Source of the DNA: Podarcis liolepis
Taxonomy: Eukaryota
NCBI GenBank assembly: GCA_965112155.1
Contig: OZ218100.1
Length of the DNA stretch: 64,000 bases
Strand: one strand, 5' to 3'
Shown here piece by piece: positions 60,844 through 64,000 of the stretch. Within the stretch, counting starts at the first letter, position 1. Every line of letters begins with the position of its first letter. A program made the position numbers and the translations under genes. A model generated the notes under the pieces. The model did no database searches, was not told the origin of the DNA, and was given only the letters and a program-made list of their open reading frames with translations.

Positions 60844-63198
60844 GTTTGATTATGCCCTAAGTCTTTTATTCACATATTATTGTTTTCAAATCCATTACTA
60901 TCTCATTCTTACTTATTATTATGTTCTTCAGGTATACAGAGTCATATCACTGGTCTACCTACCCCACTACTTTCAATTCTGTGGATCCCCACAGCCACAA
61001 TAGAGGTTTTCCCCAGTCCTGCTGTCTTTTAAGTAGAGATCGCAGGGAATGAACTTGGGAACTTCTGCATACAGAGTGTATGCTGTACCGCCAAGCTACG
61101 GCTCCTTTCAAAGAGCTTCCATGTAGAGCTCGCAGAAATTACACACCAAGGTGCTAAACACTTACATCACTCCAGTTTGCTAATAGATTGTATCCTTAAG
61201 GCTGGCTATTAAATTAAATGAACTCTTTATTTTCACACTCCAAGCCAAAAAAAGTCAAGGCAGCCTGTGAGATCTTGCCAGTACCTCAATGAAAATGAAG
61301 AGGCTGAATTTAAAGGAGGACTTGTGGCCAGGGGTGAAGAGGGGAAATGGAATCTGGTAGTATTTTATAATCTAATTGCAATAAAAAAATTAGAATTCTT
61401 CTCCCTTTTTTGCCTTTTTCTTCTTCTGCAGTGCTTTGAAACACACACACACACCATTCTAAACAATAAGAAGCTTCCTAAATGAGCTACATAATGTTCC
61501 TTGCCATAATCACCACTGCAACGAGAAAATTGCTAACATCATTCCCGAGCCAGATTTGTCAGTCATGCTGCTCTGTGCTCTGAGTAACAATGTTCTGTGC
61601 AATTAATATCAAACCTTCCAAGGCAGCTCGGTCTGGTGAAATTCAGTGTGCTTCTGCCATCAACAGAAAACTGCAATGATGCTATACAAGAGTGTAGAAA
61701 GCAAAGGGGTGGAGGAGAAGAGAAACAGCTTTGTACCCGATTGGGCCAGGAATAGAAAGATAATTGCAGTGCATTTTGCACAAAATTGCAGCAGTTTGAA
61801 ATGTCTCCCCACTCCCCACCACCCCGCCCATTTTCTGTTTAATTATAGTTATTATTGCACTCTTAAGAAATTCAGCTGGTGAGAAACAATTCCTTTTCAA
61901 GCACATTCAGCCCAGCCATTATGCACTCTTCCCTTGTGACCTGAGATGAAACCCAAGTGCTAGTTGATTCCTATTTACACTCGGGGTCCTTAGGTGCAAT
62001 CATTATTTTTGGGGGTCAGCATGCACATCTTGCAGAAGGAAACGGACAAGACGAGGCGGGGAGAAAGAAAGGTAAACAAAGCTATTCTTCTTGGCCTCTT
62101 GCTGTGCTTTGTAGCGCGGCGGTTTTTCGCTGGTATCCAAGAACGGCATTATCAGGCTGTAATGAATGTGGGAAGGACCCAGTGGAAAGGAAAACAATGT
62201 TTCAGGTATGCATGAAGCAATCTGGAAACAGTAACCCCCGTGTGTGCTTAAACAGATATGAGCCTAATGCTGTGATTGGCAAAGAAACAGTCACAGCATT
62301 AGCACCGAAGAGGCAGGGGACGAAGGGAAGGAGAAGCCCACAAAGGCATCCCTTCAAAGCCATGCAATCGAAGCTTATAAATGGCTGGTTAAATGCACTT
62401 TGCTCATTTGAAGCTAGCCAGCATAATGCTCAAAAAGCAAATCCAGGTTGGAGAGATTCTTTGATTGGGGTTTGGATTCCAAAAGGAAGCAGCTGTGTGA
62501 GGCAATGCAGGATGGAAATACACTGGAGCCCGCAGGACGCAAGATGGGGCTCATTTCAGTGTTGCTACGGAGGGTAATGCCAATCAACTTGGTCCTCAAT
62601 CCAAAGAGCAGTCCTGGTGAAATCAATAAAGCCACTTGCTTGGAGATGCTATGCTGGCTTCCTCATTATTAAAAGAAAAAGAGGTGTTAGCCTGTCAAAA
62701 TGAAAACAACTCGGTTTTCCTAAGGGGTGGATAGAATGGCAGGCCCTTATGCTGTTTATTATTGTTGTTAGTTGTGGGAATTTATAATTCAGAAGCTGAT
62801 CTTAAAAGTACATATTGTGTACATACGGAGTCCCAGGATCAAAAATCAGCAGCAGCTCCACCTGAAGGACCTTAAGCAACAGGGTGGCAAAGGACCAGTG
62901 AAAACCAAGCAGCAGCAACCTATGAGCCACATCCTATCACAAAGAACCCATGTAGAAGCTTAGTAGCAGAGTGCATGGCTTGCATGCATAAGTTACCAAA
63001 CTCAGCCTCTGCCATCTCCAGCAAAATGCGTATCTACATTGCAGAGCTGATCAGGGGGATATTTCTGCCTGAGACCTGGGAAAATTTCACCAATTGGATT
63101 GGATGTGTCTGAGTTAGATGGGCATGTGGTGTGGCTCAGGATAAGGCTCAGCTCCATGTTGTAGTGGGGTGGAGAATCTCGGGCAGATTTTTTGCTTT

Positions 63199-63266
63199 TC
63201 ATAGAATCATAGAGTTGGAAGAGACCACAAGGGCCATCGAGTCCAACCCCCTGCCAAGCAGGAAAC
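63199..63266 (-). mobile_element. Very short CR1 3' end
   Basis: One substitution relative to 41288-41355. Confidence 0.85.
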
Positions 63267-63851
63267 GTATCTTTTAAAGAAAGGGAGTGATCTTTGGGTT
63301 GCCTATGAGCTACAAAGAGCATCAGTTCTCATCAACGTGGAAGAGGATGACCCCCCTGTATAAATAGATAGTGTCTGTTCCATATGCCCCCCATTACATC
63401 ACTGGAGCAGAGGAAGGGAGTTGGGAACAATGGCAGAAAGGCTTCTGCTGATGAGAAGTGAACCTCTTACTCTTGCTGTTCTTTTTCTGCTGCAGTACAG
63501 ATACATATAGGAGTCATTAGAACAGGTTAAAGAGGGTCAGAAACAATGAAGGATGGTGTTAATTGATGGGAAGGGCCTGTAGAGGTCATCTGGGGGCAAT
63601 GCTATACTCTATAACGTATTGTGTTTCATCCTGTAACATCCCATCCAAAGCAGTTTATCTTATACTTGCCAGGGCAGGGAGGACAATAATCCAACTAATG
63701 CATTCCTGCCAAATCACTCCCCCTAACACAGGGTGGGGGACCTTTTCCAGCTTGAGGGCCACGTGCCCTTCTGGGCAACCTTCCAGGGGGCCACATGCCA
63801 TTGGTGGATGGGGCCAGAGGGGATCTGGGTGGAGGAATGAATATATAAACA

Positions 63852-64000
63852 GTTACAGATAGGTAGCCGTGTTGGTCTGCCATAGTCAAAATAAAAAATT
63901 CCTTCCAGTAGCACCTTAAAGACCAACTAAGTTAGTTCTTGGTAGGAGCTTTCATGTGTATCTGAAGAAGTGTGCATGCACACGAAAGCTCATACCAAGA
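63852..64000. mobile_element. Penelope-like element terminal repeat in fold-back arrangement, running off the window
   Basis: 63937-63958 TCTTGGTAGGAGCTTTCATGTG is reverse-complementary (20/22) to 63979-64000 CACACGAAAGCTCATACCAAGA; GTAGCACCTTAAAGACCAAC resembles reptile Penelope ends. Confidence 0.75.
63958..63995 (+). ncRNA. Minimal type-I hammerhead ribozyme (Penelope-associated)
   Basis: Stem I GTAT/ATAC; core CTGAAGA at 63962-63968; stem II GTGTGCATGCACAC at 63970-63983; GAAA at 63984-63987; palindromic AGCT helix III; predicted cleavage after C63991. Confidence 0.7.

Noticed and set aside
61957-62577. Longest ORF in the track (206 aa)
   Set aside because: Non-ATG start, no recognisable domain, no clear splice signals; compatible with chance.

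Overview
Vertebrate nuclear DNA, very probably a lacertid lizard (Podarcis/Lacerta-like). The assignment rests on my recognition of Sauria (Squam1), Squam2 and Squam3-like SINEs, BovB, CR1, L2, L1, a Penelope-like end and many hAT and Tc1/mariner-type MITEs. I find no convincing host protein-coding exon. The ORF track is explained by TE remnants, microsatellites and chance, so the window looks intronic or intergenic, with several TE-free blocks that resemble conserved non-coding enhancers. I did not find a new multi-gene system. The most interesting signals are mechanistic footprints that can be read base by base: (1) a hAT MITE at 37929-38139 that has copied the right end plus ~60 bp of unique flank of a sister MITE ~4.65 kb upstream; (2) a 2.1-kb non-autonomous L1-type element with both ends and a 16-18 bp TSD; (3) a BovB insertion with an inverted 5' segment inside one TSD (twin-priming-like); (4) a minimal type-I hammerhead ribozyme in a fold-back Penelope end at the window edge; (5) a mariner-type MITE whose core is a duplicated double-hairpin unit with one hairpin flipped. 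Family names come from memory of consensus sequences, not from a database search. TIR and TSD coordinates were read directly from the sequence.
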